DNA from: Saprolegnia diclina VS20
Taxonomy: Eukaryota
Direction of reading: 5' to 3'
Assembly (NCBI RefSeq): GCF_000281045.1
Contig: NW_008246084.1
Location: forward strand, 343,769-407,768
DNA length: 64,000 nt
Made by a program: the position numbers and the translations under genes. Below, one piece after another: positions 1 through 12,400 of the stretch; the first letter of the stretch is position 1, and the number at the start of each line of letters is the position of its first letter. A model generated the notes under the pieces. It searched no databases and was not told the DNA's origin. It saw nothing but the letters and a program-made list of their open reading frames with translations.

Positions 1-3000
1 TGCTTGCCATAGAGGTTGTCGTCGAGGTTGTACGCTTCGTCGATGACAAGGACCTTGCCGCGGGCCAGTTCCAAGCATGCTTGCGTCTTGGTTTGTGTCT
101 CGCCGATGTACTGTCCAATCAAGTCGCTCGCGGTCTTGAGCACCACGTCACCGCTCGAGAGCAAGTGGAGCTCCTTGAGGATGCGGCCATAGAGCGCTGC
201 ACACGACGTCTTGCCCGTGCCAGGATTCCCCAAGAAGAGGCGGTTCAGCATCAATGGCAGCGGCGATTGGCCTGCGAGCTGTCGTATGTAGTTCTTCTCA
301 CAGTGCTGAACGAGGTCACGGACGCTCTTCTTGATCGAGGCCCACCCAATCTTGCCCTCCAGCTCGTCCAAGACATGCTCGAGCTTGGAGTTGTGCAGAG
401 GGTGGTCGCCAATGACGTCGTCGACGCCCAGCACAAGTTTTATGCCGTCAAACGTCGGGCGGGCCATGGCGCTCATGGTGGCGGCCTCGACTTCCTGGCG
501 CACCGACCGGGCATTGCCAAAGTCTTTCGAGTGCACGCGCATCGCAAGCCGCTTGGACACGATCGTCGCGAGCTCGGGCGGCGCCGTCCACCCGCGCGCT
601 TGTAGCTGCGTGTCCCAGACTGCGTGCAGCTCGACTTCGCTCATGTCATCAAACGCGATGAGCTGGAAGCGGCTCTTGAGACCCGGGTTGACACTAAAGA
701 GCTTGGTTTCCATTTCATCTTCGTAGCCCGCCAGGATGATTGTCAGATCATTCCGGTACTTTTCGGCGAGCGCGGCCAGCTCCGAGACGATCGCACGGCC
801 TTTGAAGTCCTGGGCCGGGTCCAACTCGAAGGCCTCGTCGATGAAGAGGACGCCGCCTTTGGCCGACGCCGCGAGCGTGCGGAACGCGTCGACCTTTTGG
901 TCGAGTAGCGATTGCGCACGGACTTCGACAAACACATTCTTTGCGCGCAGACCCGACTCGAACAAGAGCGTCGCAAAGAGCCGCGCGACCGTCGTCTTGC
1001 CCGTGCCCGCGTTCCCGACGAAGCAAAAGTTGAGCGAGAGCGGGTTCTTGGCCTGCAGCGTCGGCGACATCTTCTTGCGCGCTCGCGCCGACTGGAAGAG
1101 CTGGATGGCTCCGCGCTTGACCTTGGCAATGCCAACCATGCCGAGGAGGGTCTCCATGGCGGTCGAGCGCACGCTCTCTGCGTCGACAAGCGCTCGCCAG
1201 AGCTGCAACGGGTCCGTGGGCGACCACGTGGGTGTTGGTGACGCGGGCGAGAGTGCACGCGCTTCGTCGGCTGTCAACCACGCATCGCGAGCCTTGGGGT
1301 ACTTGGACGCGAAGAGCTTGACGTACGTAACGTCGCGCGTCCAGCGTCCCATCGCGAGTAGCAAGAGCGGGTGCGCGTCGACCTGCTTGCCTTGGACGGA
1401 GCGCAAATAGGCTTCGAGCTCGGTTAGTGTCGTGGTCTCGACCGGCAAGTGGAGCAGCTCCAGCGCATACAACAAACTCAGTTCTGGCTGGTCCATGGAT
1501 TCCTGAAGCGTGCGGAGGTAGCGAAGGCCTGCGAACGGGAACGGCCGTGTGTCCGATGCTGCTATTCGCGGTAAAAACTGCAGCTTCTTGGTGAGCTCGA
1601 GCTGCACGGCATGCGGAGTGGACGCCGACACGAGCGTCGTGCCATCCCAGTGACTGGGAAACGGAAAGCCCGCGAGGCGCGTTGTGGCCAAGAGACCATT
1701 GAAGTCGTCCGGCGGCTCGTCGCCTGCGTTCGAACTAGAGTCAGCAGTGCTCGTTGGGGGTGCCGTCGCGACCGTACCAGACTCTGTCGGCCGCGTCGCT
1801 GTTGGTGACGGCGCTGCTGACGATGGTGAAGCGCCAAACGAAAACGCAGTACCAGGTGGAGCCGGTGGTGGTGTCGACGACAACGGAGGGCTGAACGAGA
1901 ACGCCGTGCCGGTTGGAGCTGGTCCACCAAAGGAAAAGCCCATCGGCTGCGTCGCTGCTGCTGATGGCACAGACGACGGCGATGGAGCACCAAACGAGAA
2001 AGCAGTACCAGATGACGTTGTTGGTTGTGCTCCCGACGACAACGGAGGGAAAAATGAGAACGCCTGGCCGGTTGGAGCTGGGCTACCAAACGAGAAGCCC
2101 GTCGGCTGCGTCGCTGCTGGTGCCCCAAACGAGAAGCCAGACGTCGTNNNNNNNNNNNNNNNNNNNNNNNNNNNNNNNNNNNNNNNNNNNNNNNNNNNNN
2201 NNNNNNNNNNNNNNNNNNNNNNNNNNNNNNNNNNNNNNNNNNNNNNNNNNNNNNNNNNNNNNNNNNNNNNNNNNNNNNNNNNNNNNNNNNNNNNNNNNNN
2301 NNNNNNNNNNNNNNNNNNNNNNNNNNNNNNNNNNNNNNNNNNNNNNNNNNNNNNNNNNNNNNNNNNNNNNNNNNNNNNNNNNNNNNNNNNNNNNNNNNNN
2401 NNNNNNNNNNNNNNNNNNNNNNNNNNNNNNNNNNNNNNNNNNNNNNNNNNNNNNNNNNNNNNNNNNNNNNNNNNNNNNNNNNNNNNNNNNNNNNNNNNNN
2501 NNNNNNNNNNNNNNNNNNNNNNNNNNNNNNNNNNNNNNNNNNNNNNNNNNNNNNNNNNNNNNNNNNNNNNNNNNNNNNNNNNNNNNNNNNNNNNNNNNNN
2601 NNNNNNNNNNNNNNNNNNNNNNNNNNNNNNNNNNNNNNNNNNGGTGGTGCACCAAACGAGAACCCAGACGTCGTGCCGGTTGGAGCTGGGCTACCAAACG
2701 AGAAACCAGACGACTGCGCCGCCGACGGCGGCTTTGCAGAGCCAAAGGTCGTATTGGGGGCTCGAGAGGTATCGCCTTGGGCAGCGCCAAACAAAAAAGT
2801 GCTGGCTGATGGAGCATATTTCGTAGTTGCGCTGGCCGCCTCAAACGTGGTGTTGGATGGAGCGGCCCCAAACGAGCCGAACGATGTGGGGGTACCCGTA
2901 ACCGGTTGAGGCCCACCGGCAGGCGTGGGTGAACTCGTCGATGGCCCCTTCTCGGGCGGTGGCGGCACGATCGCGGCCTGAGCCCGTGCCGCCTTCACGT

Positions 3001-3253
3001 CGGTGCGCTTGAGGTAGTCCTCAAAGCGCAGTTCTTCCACCGACTTGTGCGCGTAGGCGTCCATGGCAGAGATCGACGTGTACGCGACGACCTCGGGCCC
3101 TCTGGAGCCGGTCTCTACTGCGTACGTGGGTCTGTACCACGGGATGTCGGTGCCGCACTGGGCGACTGCATCCGCAGCTGCCAACACGGCGAGCTGCTCC
3201 AACGAGTCTGCGAGCGTGCTGCTCGGCTGCCCCACGTCGCTCTGCCCCTTCAT
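1..3253 (-). CDS. GLEBS motif + FSFG repeats + tandem CbxX/SpoVK-like AAA+ ATPase (3' end off window; spans gap)
   Basis: ATG 3253 (MKGQSDV...) leads to GTDIPWYRPT...YTSISAMDAYAHKSVEELRFEDY (GLEBS-like) and then FG repeats. After the gap a stop-free frame runs 2147->1. It contains FSFG repeats, AAA1 (GNAGTGKT, LFIDEAF, NPGLKSRF, FGNARSVR) and AAA2 (GNPGTGKT, IGQYIGET, LVIDEAY). Confidence 0.85.
1780..2900 (-). repeat. Coding FG (FSFG-S/A-P) repeat array
   Basis: Units such as GGTTGGAGCTGGGCTACCAAACGAGAA occur at about 2070 and 2678, with a variant at about 1911, on both sides of the gap. They translate on the minus strand to GFSFGSPAPTG / AFSFGAP. Confidence 0.85.
2148..2642. other. Assembly gap (495 N)
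   Basis: Run of N inside the FG repeat array. Confidence 1.
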
Positions 3254-3866
3254 TCGCCAGCTTGCGTTGTGATTGGCTGGTTCGAGCGAATGATAGGCGT
3301 GGGGCGACCGATCTTCTCGCAATCTGCACACGAGGACGACGAGCCTTGGGCCGAGTGGACCCGCTGGCAGATTTTGCCAGCGAGAAGTGATACATTGATA
3401 CACGCACGGCTCACCCTTTGCCGACATTGCTGGTCCTTCTCTGGCTCACGAACTCCAATGCTACAAACTGTGGCAACTGCTGGCGATTTGGGGGCACACA
3501 GAGATGATAATGGAGCTACAGCGCATGCAGCTGCTCTTCGCAAACGTCATCTCGGTCGTCGACGGCTGGCTGGAGCTCGCAACATGTGAGACGCCCGCAA
3601 ACACCCGCAGCACGGCCGCGACAGTCATGGAGGGCTGCGCCGTTGCACCCTTGATGCTATCGCAGTAGCTGGCACCACTCGCAGACATGATACGGGAAGG
3701 CTATGTGTACCAGCACACACTACAATGCGGGAATCAACAAGCAGGAGACATGGGCGTGGGAGAAGGATTTCCCGATCGTCTGGCCTCGTCCGTGCATTGC
3801 GTCCACCGTTCACATCACGAAGAAGAAGGAGGAGGAGAATGTGTACATAGAATCGGACGCTTGTAT

Positions 3867-5342
3867 TTACAAGTTACCGCGGTTGCGCTCGGCGACGTTG
3901 CCAATGCTGTGGTGGGCATCCGTCCACTCGCAGTGGAAGACGCCTTCGCGGTCCGTGCGGTTGTAGCTGTGGCCGCCGAAGAAGTCGCGCTGCGCCTGCG
4001 TCAAGTTGGCCGGGAGGTTCGCGCGGCGGTACATGTCAAAGTAGCTGAGCGAGCCCGAAAAGCTGGGCGTCGGGATGCCGCTGGCGACCGCGAGCGAGAC
4101 GACGCGGCGCCACGAAAAGTGGCGGGCGTTGAGCTCGTTGGCAAAGTCGGCGTCGATCAAGAGGCTGTCGAGCGACGGGTCCTTGATGTACGCGGCCTTG
4201 ATGCGGTCGAGGAACGCCGCGCGGATGATGCAGCCGCCCTTCCAGATGCGGGCGCACTCGCCCAAGTCGATCTTCCAGCCGTTCTGGACACCGGCTTCAC
4301 GGATCAAGTTGAGGCCCTGCGCGTAGCTGCAGATCTTGGACGCGTACAGCGCCTGGCGCACATCGTCAATGAGCTGCTGCTTGTCGACCGACGGGATCTC
4401 CGTGGGGCCGTTGAGGATCTTGGAGGCGACCACGCGCTGCTCCTTGAGGCCGCTGAGGTAGCGAGCATCGAGCGACGCCGTGATAGTGGGGGCGGCCACC
4501 GAGCGCTCGGCGGCTTCCTGCACGACCCAGCGGCCCGTGCCCTTCATGCCCGTCTTGTCCAAGATCTTATCGACGAGGTAGTCGTCCTTGTTGGCACCGG
4601 CAAGGTCGTCCTTCTTCTTGAAGATGGCGGCCGTGATTTCAATCAAGTACGACTCGAGCTCGCCCGAGTTCCACTCGGTGAAGACCTGGCCGAGCTCGGC
4701 GTTGGTCAAGCCACCGGCGATCTTCAAGACATCGTACGCCTCGGCGATCAACTGCATGTCACCATACTCGATACCGTTGTGGACCATCTTGACGTAGTTG
4801 CCCGAGCCGATTTCGCCGAGGTACGTCGTGCACGCACCATCGTCGACCTGGGCCGCGCACTTGACGAGGATCGGCTCGAGCGCATCAAAGGCCGCGCGCG
4901 GGCCGCCGGGCATGAGCGACGGGCCCTTGCGGGCGCCTTCTTCGCCGCCCGAAATGCCCATGCCGACAAAGTGGATGCCCTTCGGCTCGAGCTCCTTGGC
5001 GCGGCGGAGCGAGTTGGGGTACCACTCGTTGCCGCCGTCGACAATGATGTCGCCTTCTTCGCAGTGCTGCGAGATAGCGGCGATCGTGTCATCGACAGGC
5101 TTGCCGGCCATGACGAGGAGGATGATCTTGCGCGGGCGCGCGATCGAGAGCACGAAGTCCTTGACGTCCTTGTGGCCGACGAGCGGGAGGTTGCCCTCGT
5201 CCTTGGCGCGCTGGACCGTCGTGTCGACTTTGTCCGGCGACCGGTTGCAGACCGAGACCGAGAAGCCGTGCGACGCCATGTTGAGCGCAAAGTTCTGGCC
5301 CATGACGGCCAAGCCGTAGAGACCAACGTCCGAGAGAGCCAT
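3867..5342 (-). CDS. gnd: 6-phosphogluconate dehydrogenase, decarboxylating
   Basis: Intronless 491-aa ORF with GLYGLAVMGQN, GISGGEEGARKGP, YVKMVHNGIEYGDMQ, KGTGRW, WKGGCIIRA and QAQRDFFGGH. Confidence 0.97.
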   Translation of the reverse strand: MALSDVGLYGLAVMGQNFALNMASHGFSVSVCNRSPDKVDTTVQRAKDEGNLPLVGHKDVKDFVLSIARPRKIILLVMAGKPVDDTIAAISQHCEEGDIIVDGGNEWYPNSLRRAKELEPKGIHFVGMGISGGEEGARKGPSLMPGGPRAAFDALEPILVKCAAQVDDGACTTYLGEIGSGNYVKMVHNGIEYGDMQLIAEAYDVLKIAGGLTNAELGQVFTEWNSGELESYLIEITAAIFKKKDDLAGANKDDYLVDKILDKTGMKGTGRWVVQEAAERSVAAPTITASLDARYLSGLKEQRVVASKILNGPTEIPSVDKQQLIDDVRQALYASKICSYAQGLNLIREAGVQNGWKIDLGECARIWKGGCIIRAAFLDRIKAAYIKDPSLDSLLIDADFANELNARHFSWRRVVSLAVASGIPTPSFSGSLSYFDMYRRANLPANLTQAQRDFFGGHSYNRTDREGVFHCEWTDAHHSIGNVAERNRGNL

Positions 5343-6552
5343 GCTGAAGAAGGTGAGGGGTCGAAGGCGAATTCGCAAATGCCAAGCGCAACCGTGAGAT
5401 CCTCTTCGATCCGGATAGCAGTATCCGTACCGGATTTTTCACGCGGCCGTCGATTGGCCAAAATCCCGTGTCATGATCCGCCGACCTGTGACGAAAAGCA
5501 TGGCGGCAGCCAATCAGGACGCAGAAGAAACTCACGAAGATCGTCGTCACCTTGCACGCTGCTCGAGTTGTCGTCAAGGAAATGGACGATAGTGTCTTTG
5601 ACGATGTACTAATCACTAAGCTAGTTAGTCGAATACAGCCGAGCAGGAGACTGTGGATGCGGCGCGCCCTGGATTACGTGAACGATTGAAGATTCGACGT
5701 TGTACACAATGTATGTGGTCATGCAGGAAGCAAGTTCCTAGCGTGGACATGAATGCTCGTGGGTACTGAGCAGTTCCTTCCATGCTCGCTGAAAGAATAT
5801 GGGCTTCGCGAGGATGTGCCAAAGTCCTTTTCGCGATGGCTCGCGAACGTTGATGAGAAAATCCGATATTAGGAGGGGGCACGCCCCTTCGGAACACGCT
5901 CAGATTAGTATCGGAGCAAGTATCAGAGCACCGCGTAGGGGCAGGACCGTGCTCGTTTCCTTTCCTGCCCACACGCTAAGTTCTGTGCCTACAATGGCAT
6001 CGACATGCTGGCCTTCAGGAGGGAGATGGTCGAGGATGTCCTTGGTAGACATGCGTCACAAGGATGCGTTCCCGATGGCATCACACAGACTGGCATGGAT
6101 GTTGACTCGACAACTCGCTGTGGGGTAATCGAAAGCGTCGCCAGTCGCGAGAATACCTAATCTTCCCTCGACATAGTAACCGAATTGATGCAGACAACAT
6201 TTCAACAGAGCAATTCCAAGGAGCGAGAGGTCCTATATCGTGGGAGCTGTCATTTTATTAGAATAATATTTTGGGTTTTGTCGCGTTTGAACCAAAGCAG
6301 ACGGCCGCGGCCCTAGTTCGTATTATCCGGACATACGGTAGGAATTCCGGATACGGTAATAATTGCCTGGGCATGGCCCCCGTGGATTGGACCTGCAAAC
6401 CTCTACGAGGTATAATGTCCCGCAGCTCGACTCCTTCTACGCACCCAATGTGCCTTCTTGACGCACGACTCCCTGATGACATTGAAGTCGTCCAGTATTC
6501 GGCCAGAAGAAAGCATGACGCTGCATCAAACTCAAAACCCGAGGTTGGTAAC

Positions 6553-8719
6553 TCAAATACTGCGCCAGTCGTCGAGCCACGGGTGCTGCTCGAGGGCCGA
6601 CGCACACGCGACCTTCCATTTCTGGATCGTGTCGAGCGACAGCATCGACGCTCCTTCTCGTAGCATCGAGTGCACGTCACGTTGGATGACATCCGCCGGC
6701 GTCAGCATCAAGTCGTGGGGCGTCGCGAGTTTGGCCGCCACAAGCGCATCGTACACGTTACTGTCGGCCACAATCTCGCCCACCACCGCATCGAGCTCTT
6801 CGTCTCGCGCCTACCACATCAAATTAGGACACTCTGCAGCGACACTGGCAAGCTCGATGGTTTCTACCTGCTCAATGAAGTGCTCGAGACGGTCCAAGTC
6901 CATGAGGTGGCCACGGCACGCCGTTCGCCACGACGAAAAGAGGGTTTCGGCTGCCGCGCTCGCAAGCTCAGCGCGTGTACGCACGCCGATCTGGAGTAGA
7001 CACGTGCCAATCGTTGCGTCCACGACGATGGAAAGCACTTCGTCGTCGACCATGGCACAGCCGTCGCCTCGACCGATGGCGGCAAGCTACAGCGATACAT
7101 GAGCACGAAAATGGTCATCTCTTCGACAGTCTACGCGTGCGCACGTCCAGTCACCACTGTCGTCCAGTCCGACCAGCTGGCTCTTGTCGGCGGCAACAAT
7201 CCGGGCCTTTTGGCAGGCATCGCAGACGACCGTTGTGACGTCGCCGTCATCGCCAGCATCCTCCGCAGCACTGTCGTCGTTCTTTGCAACTCGCATGGGT
7301 GCGACGGGCGCTGCAGCTCGGAGCCGCGCCAGCGCTGCCTTGGCCGCGACACTCCGCATGCTTGCTCGGTCGACACGAGGAGTCTCAATCTCGCTGACGA
7401 CTGTCGCGTCGGTGTCATCTGCCGTCGGCAGCGGAGGCTCTTCGTCAGGCACTTCGGTGCGATAATACTGCGAGTGGGTCTACAGACAAGAGTACTCAGC
7501 CTGCGATAATCAAACCGGTTTGTGCACCTGCGCCTCGAGCGCCTTGGCACTCAGCGTGCTACCGTTCGCAGGATCATTATCCACTGGTCGGTGGGTTCCA
7601 TCGTCCTAAGCTTACCGCGTTCGCAAGCCCAGGAACGACCAATCTTCGCTCGGAAGCAGCGTTTCCAGCGCTGCGGCCACGTCGCCGTCACTGAGCCGCG
7701 CAAGGCTCCAGAAGACACTACGTGAGCCTAAGAGGCGTGACACCTCGTTGCACGGTACCGTGGCGAGCACTGGGCCATGTTGAAGGGCTTGAGCATCTCG
7801 CGGCCCGTCTCGCCGCCCGAGAGGAGCACGTACTTGACGATGGACGTGAGCTCGGCGGGCTGCAAGAGGTCGAGTTGCTCGTCACGCCACGTACGCGCAC
7901 GCTCGAGGAACCGAACACGCATCTGCGCAACGCCTCGCGCGTTGGGCGCTAGCGTCTGCATCGAGTAATTGCCCACGAGCGCTGCGTGGAGCCGTGCGTT
8001 TGCCAGCGTCATCTCGTACTGGTGATTGACGGCCGACTTTGTCGCCGACCGCAAAAATTTATCGGTTGTCGACGACCCGCCATGGCTGCTCACGGCGTGG
8101 ACGAGCTTGTCGCCCACGTCTTCTTTGCTCCCGAGCTGGATCATCTTGCGGCGTTTGAGCAGAGGTGACGGCGCTGCAGGCGCATCGCTCTCTGCTACGT
8201 CCTGTCCGGTGGACCCGAGGACATGGCCCTGGCCCGTAAACTTGGGCTTTGGCACCCGCTTCGCCTTCTTCGCAGCAGCGGTCGTCGTACGTCGTGGCGG
8301 AGCAGGGGGCGTCTTTGGAGTCGATTTCGAGGTTGTTTTTGGGGTATTTGGGGTCGTGCTCCGCGTTGCAGGCCCGGGCCGCGGCGCCGCGGGAGCTGGC
8401 TCGATGAGCACCGTGTCGTTGTTCTGGACGACGCTTGTCATGGACGCATCGTCCTCGACATGCAGTTCCTTGGGCGGAAAGCCACCTTTGACTAGCCAAG
8501 GAGTGTTCATCATGCCCATGCAGGAGAGTTCGACGTACACGTGTAGCCATCGGAGACCGCGAGGCCCAGCGCGTTAAGCGCTTGCTCTGCCCGCTCGTAT
8601 GAGCCCATGGCTAGCAAGGAGCTACGTGGCGTCGTACCTCGGAAGACCTGGAACGAGCTGGCGCTATCGATCCGTAGCACTGCGCTCTTGGCCGGCGACC
8701 GCAGGCGCACGCTCCACAT
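6553..8719 (-). CDS. Multi-exon protein: N-terminal ubiquitin-like (OTU1/UBX-like) domain, SHP box, CW-type zinc finger
   Basis: Manual splicing across about 6 GT-AG introns joins MWSVRLRSP...LVKGGFPPKEL...QNNDTVLIE, KFTGQGHVLGS, SPRVFWSLARL, VVCDACQKAR...DWTC..C and ...HPWLDDWRSI*. Confidence 0.7.
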
Positions 8720-9403
8720 TTCGCTCCAACGTGCCACCGTTACTGAGCGCATCCGGATCAATCAAGATGTTACCGGATATCACATAGAATTCCCTTGCCT
8801 AGTTCCACGGAACTTCCTTCCCTGGACGCCCATGACGCGTGGGGCGAAGGCCAATGCTCTGCCGTGCGCACAAAGGCTTCAGCTACAGACTACTCAAGAA
8901 TGATGGGCGAGTCGGGTTCTTCAGCAGAGGCACTACGCGGGCGGTGGTCAACCACCAACCCTCAACTACCGCCAACGGCAGAATCCTCGAACCTACACAA
9001 GCAGAGCTACACGTGCAACCGTGCATGTGCCTTCACTACTGCACCCTCCAGTCTTTTCTAGTACTAGTACAGAAGGGTCTGCCGCTGCCATTCGAGATGC
9101 TGTTGTCGGTCGCCACCTTGCAAGACCGCCTCCCTTCACTTTGCACTTTGCTCATTTTGCACATGACCCGGTATGAATCTACAGCCTAGAACTTATACTA
9201 CCTAAAATAACGATACTACTGGTGCCTCTCGTCGCTCGTGCGCTCGCACCTCGGCGTCGCAGCCTCGCCACAGCGTCCTGTCGTCGGCTTGGCGCCAACG
9301 CGACCAGCCACAAGATACCGCACTTAATCGGAACGTAAACGCACTTAGTCTGTCGTGGCGCTTGGTTGGTGGTTGAACCTGCCATTTGCCGACTAAGATC
9401 ATC

Positions 9404-12400
9404 ATGGTCAAGAAGAAGGTGGACGCGCGCGTCCGTACTCTGCTCGAGAACTGCGTCAAGACGAACCACCGCAGCTTCATCGTGCTCGTCGGTGACCATG
9501 GCAAGGACCAGGTCGTGAACCTCCACTACATCCTCTCCAAGACCGTGGTCAAGGCCCGCCCGAAAGTGCTGTGGTGCTACAAGAAGGAGCTCGGGTTCTC
9601 GACGCACAAGCAGAAGCGCATGAAGCAGATCAAGAAGCAAATGTCGCGTGGTCTCTACGACAGCAACACGGAGGACCCGTTCGAGCTCTTCATCTCGTCC
9701 ACGGACATTCGGTGGTGCTACTACAAGGAGACGCAAAAGATCCTTGGCCAGACGTACGGCATGTGCGTGCTCCAGGACTTTGAGGCCGTCACGCCCAACA
9801 TCCTCGCGCGCACGATCGAGACCGTCGAGGGCGGCGGCGTCGTCGTGCTCCTCCTCCGCACCATGTCGTCGCTCAAGAAGCTCTACACCATGTCGATGGA
9901 CGTCCACTCGCGCTTCCGCACGGAAGCCCACCAAGACGTCGTCGCGCGCTTCAACGAGCGCTTCATTCTCTCGCTCTCGGGCTGCGACAAGTGCCTCGTC
10001 CTCGACGACGAGCTCAACGTGCTCCCGATCTCCAAGCACGCGCGCAACATTGAAGCGCTGCCGCCGGTCGACGACGAACTCACGCCCGACATGCGCGAGC
10101 TCGCGGACCTCAAGGAGTCGCTCAAGGACACGCAGCCCGTCGGGTCGCTCGTCGCGCAGGCCAAGACGCTCGATCAGGCCAAGGCGATTCTCACGTTCGC
10201 CGAAGCCATTTCCGAAAAGACGCTGCGCTCGACCGTGACGCTGACCGCCGGTCGTGGTCGCGGCAAGTCGGCGGCGCTCGGCATGTCGCTCGCCGCGGCC
10301 GTTGCGTACGGCTATAGCAACATCTTTGTGACGGCGCCGTCGCCCGAAAACCTCGGCACGGTCTTTGACTTTGTCTTCAAGGGCTTTGACGCGCTCAAGT
10401 ACAAGGAGCACTTGGACTACGAGATCATCCAGAGTACCAACCCCGAGTTCAACCGCGCGGTCGTTCGCGTCAACATCTTCCGCGAGCACCGCCAGACGAT
10501 CCAGTACATCCAGCCGCACCACCACGAAAAGCTCGCGCAGGCCGAGCTCCTCGCGATCGACGAGGCGGCTGCGATCCCGCTCCCGGTCGTCAAGAACCTC
10601 CTCGGCCCGTACCTGGTCTTTATGTCGTCGACGATCAACGGCTACGAGGGCACTGGTCGGTCGCTCTCGCTCAAGCTCATTCAGAAGCTCCGCGAGCAGC
10701 AGGGCTCGGCGGGCATGGCCGCGCAGCACGCCATGTCGTCGATCCATGGCGACAACAAGACGCGCAAGGGCGAGCGCAAGCTCCACGAAGAGCGCTGGCA
10801 GGCCGCGAGCGCGGCCGCCCATCAGCACATGGCCGCGCCGCAGACCGCCGCCGGTGGTGGCCGCGTCCTGCGCGAAGTCACGCTCGACATTCCGATCCGG
10901 TATGCGCAGAACGACGCGGTCGAAAAATGGCTCAACAACTTGCTCTGCCTCGACTGCGGCAGCACGCCCCAGCGCATCATGGGCGGCACGCCGCACCCGC
11001 GTGAGTGCGAGCTGTACTACGTCGACCGCGACTCGCTCTTCTCGTACCACAAGCTCTCGGAGAACTTTCTGCAGCGCCTCATGTCGCTCTACGTCGCGTC
11101 GCACTACAAGAACCAGCCGAACGACCTCCAGCTGCTCTCGGACGCGCCGGCGCACCACATTTTCGTGCTGCTCGGGCCCCAAGCCGAGGGCCAGGGCAAC
11201 GCCGGGCAGCTCCCGGACGTGCTCTGCGTCGTGCAAATCGCGCTCGAAGGCGAGATCTCGAAAGAGTCGGTGGCCGCCCAGCTCTCGCGCGGCCAGCGCG
11301 CGAGCGGCGATTTGATCCCGTGGACGGTCGCGCAGCAGTTCCAGGACAACGAATTCGCAGGTCTCTCGGGCGCCCGCGTCGTGCGCATCGCGACGCACCC
11401 GGATGTCACCAACATGGGCTACGGCTCGCGCGCGATCGAGCTCCTCACCAAGTACTACCAGGGCGAGCTCGCGAGCGGCGACCTCGACGGTTCCGACGAC
11501 GAAGCCGAGACGAAGAAGTCCAAGAAGAAGGACGACGACAACGACTCGGACGACGAAGGCAACCTCCTGAAAGAAAAGGTCAAGCCCCGCAAGGCGCTGC
11601 CGCCGCTCCTCCTTCCGCTCACGGATCGCCCGGCCGAGCGTCTCCACTGGTTTGGCACGTCGTTTGGCTTGACGCTGCCGCTCTACACGTTTTGGTCGCG
11701 CGCGGGCTTCCGCTCCGTATACATTCGCCAGACCGCGAACGCGCTCACGGGCGAGCACACGGCGATCATGCTCAACGCGCTCAAGTGCGACGACCTCCCG
11801 GCGTCGCCGTCGACCGGCTGGCTCGACGAGTTTGTCGGCGATGCGCGCAAGCGCTTCATGGCGCTCCTCTCGTACGAGTTCCGGACGCTTCCGCCGACGT
11901 TGGCGCTCAGCCTCCTCTCGGACGCCAAGACCAAGACGACGGACGAGACTGCCAACTTGCTGCGTGTGTCGTCCGGCTTGATCTCGTCCAACGATCTCCA
12001 AGTGTCGCTGACGCCGTTCGACATCAAGCGCCTCCAGAGCTACGCCAAGAACATGGTCGACTACCACATGATTGTCGACTTGATCCCGTCGGTCGCGCGC
12101 CTCTACTTCCTCAACCGCCTCCCGGACACGACGCTCTCGTACCTCCAGCGCGCGATCCTCATGAGCATCGGCCTCCAGCACCAAAGCGTCGACACGCTTG
12201 TCTCGGAGCTCAACGTGCCCTCGAACCAGCTCCTCGCGCTCTTCAACAAGAGCGTGCGCAAGTTTGCCACCGCCTTCAACGGCATCCTCGAGGCCGAGGT
12301 CGAAGAGACGATCGCGGCGCCGACTGCGGTCGCAGCCATGGCCCCCACGACGCTGACGCTCGAGGAGGACCTCGCGGACGCGAAGGACCAGGCGCTCAAG

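Noticed and set aside
1562..2147. Arg/Gln-rich C-terminus of the tracked 621-aa ORF
   Set aside because: Frame artefact of the estimated gap length. The true frame after the gap encodes FSFG repeats and AAA domains.
1780..3253. Calling this gene Nup98 itself
   Set aside because: No autoproteolytic domain or Nup96 region follows within the window; the FG region runs directly into AAA domains.
3687..5612. 641-aa plus-strand ORF antisense to gnd
   Set aside because: Same codon-bias shadow effect; no independent coding signal.
9179..12184. 1001-aa minus-strand ORF antisense to NAT10
   Set aside because: Shadow ORF. The strong C/G third-position bias of NAT10 removes antisense stops, and it has no recognisable motifs.
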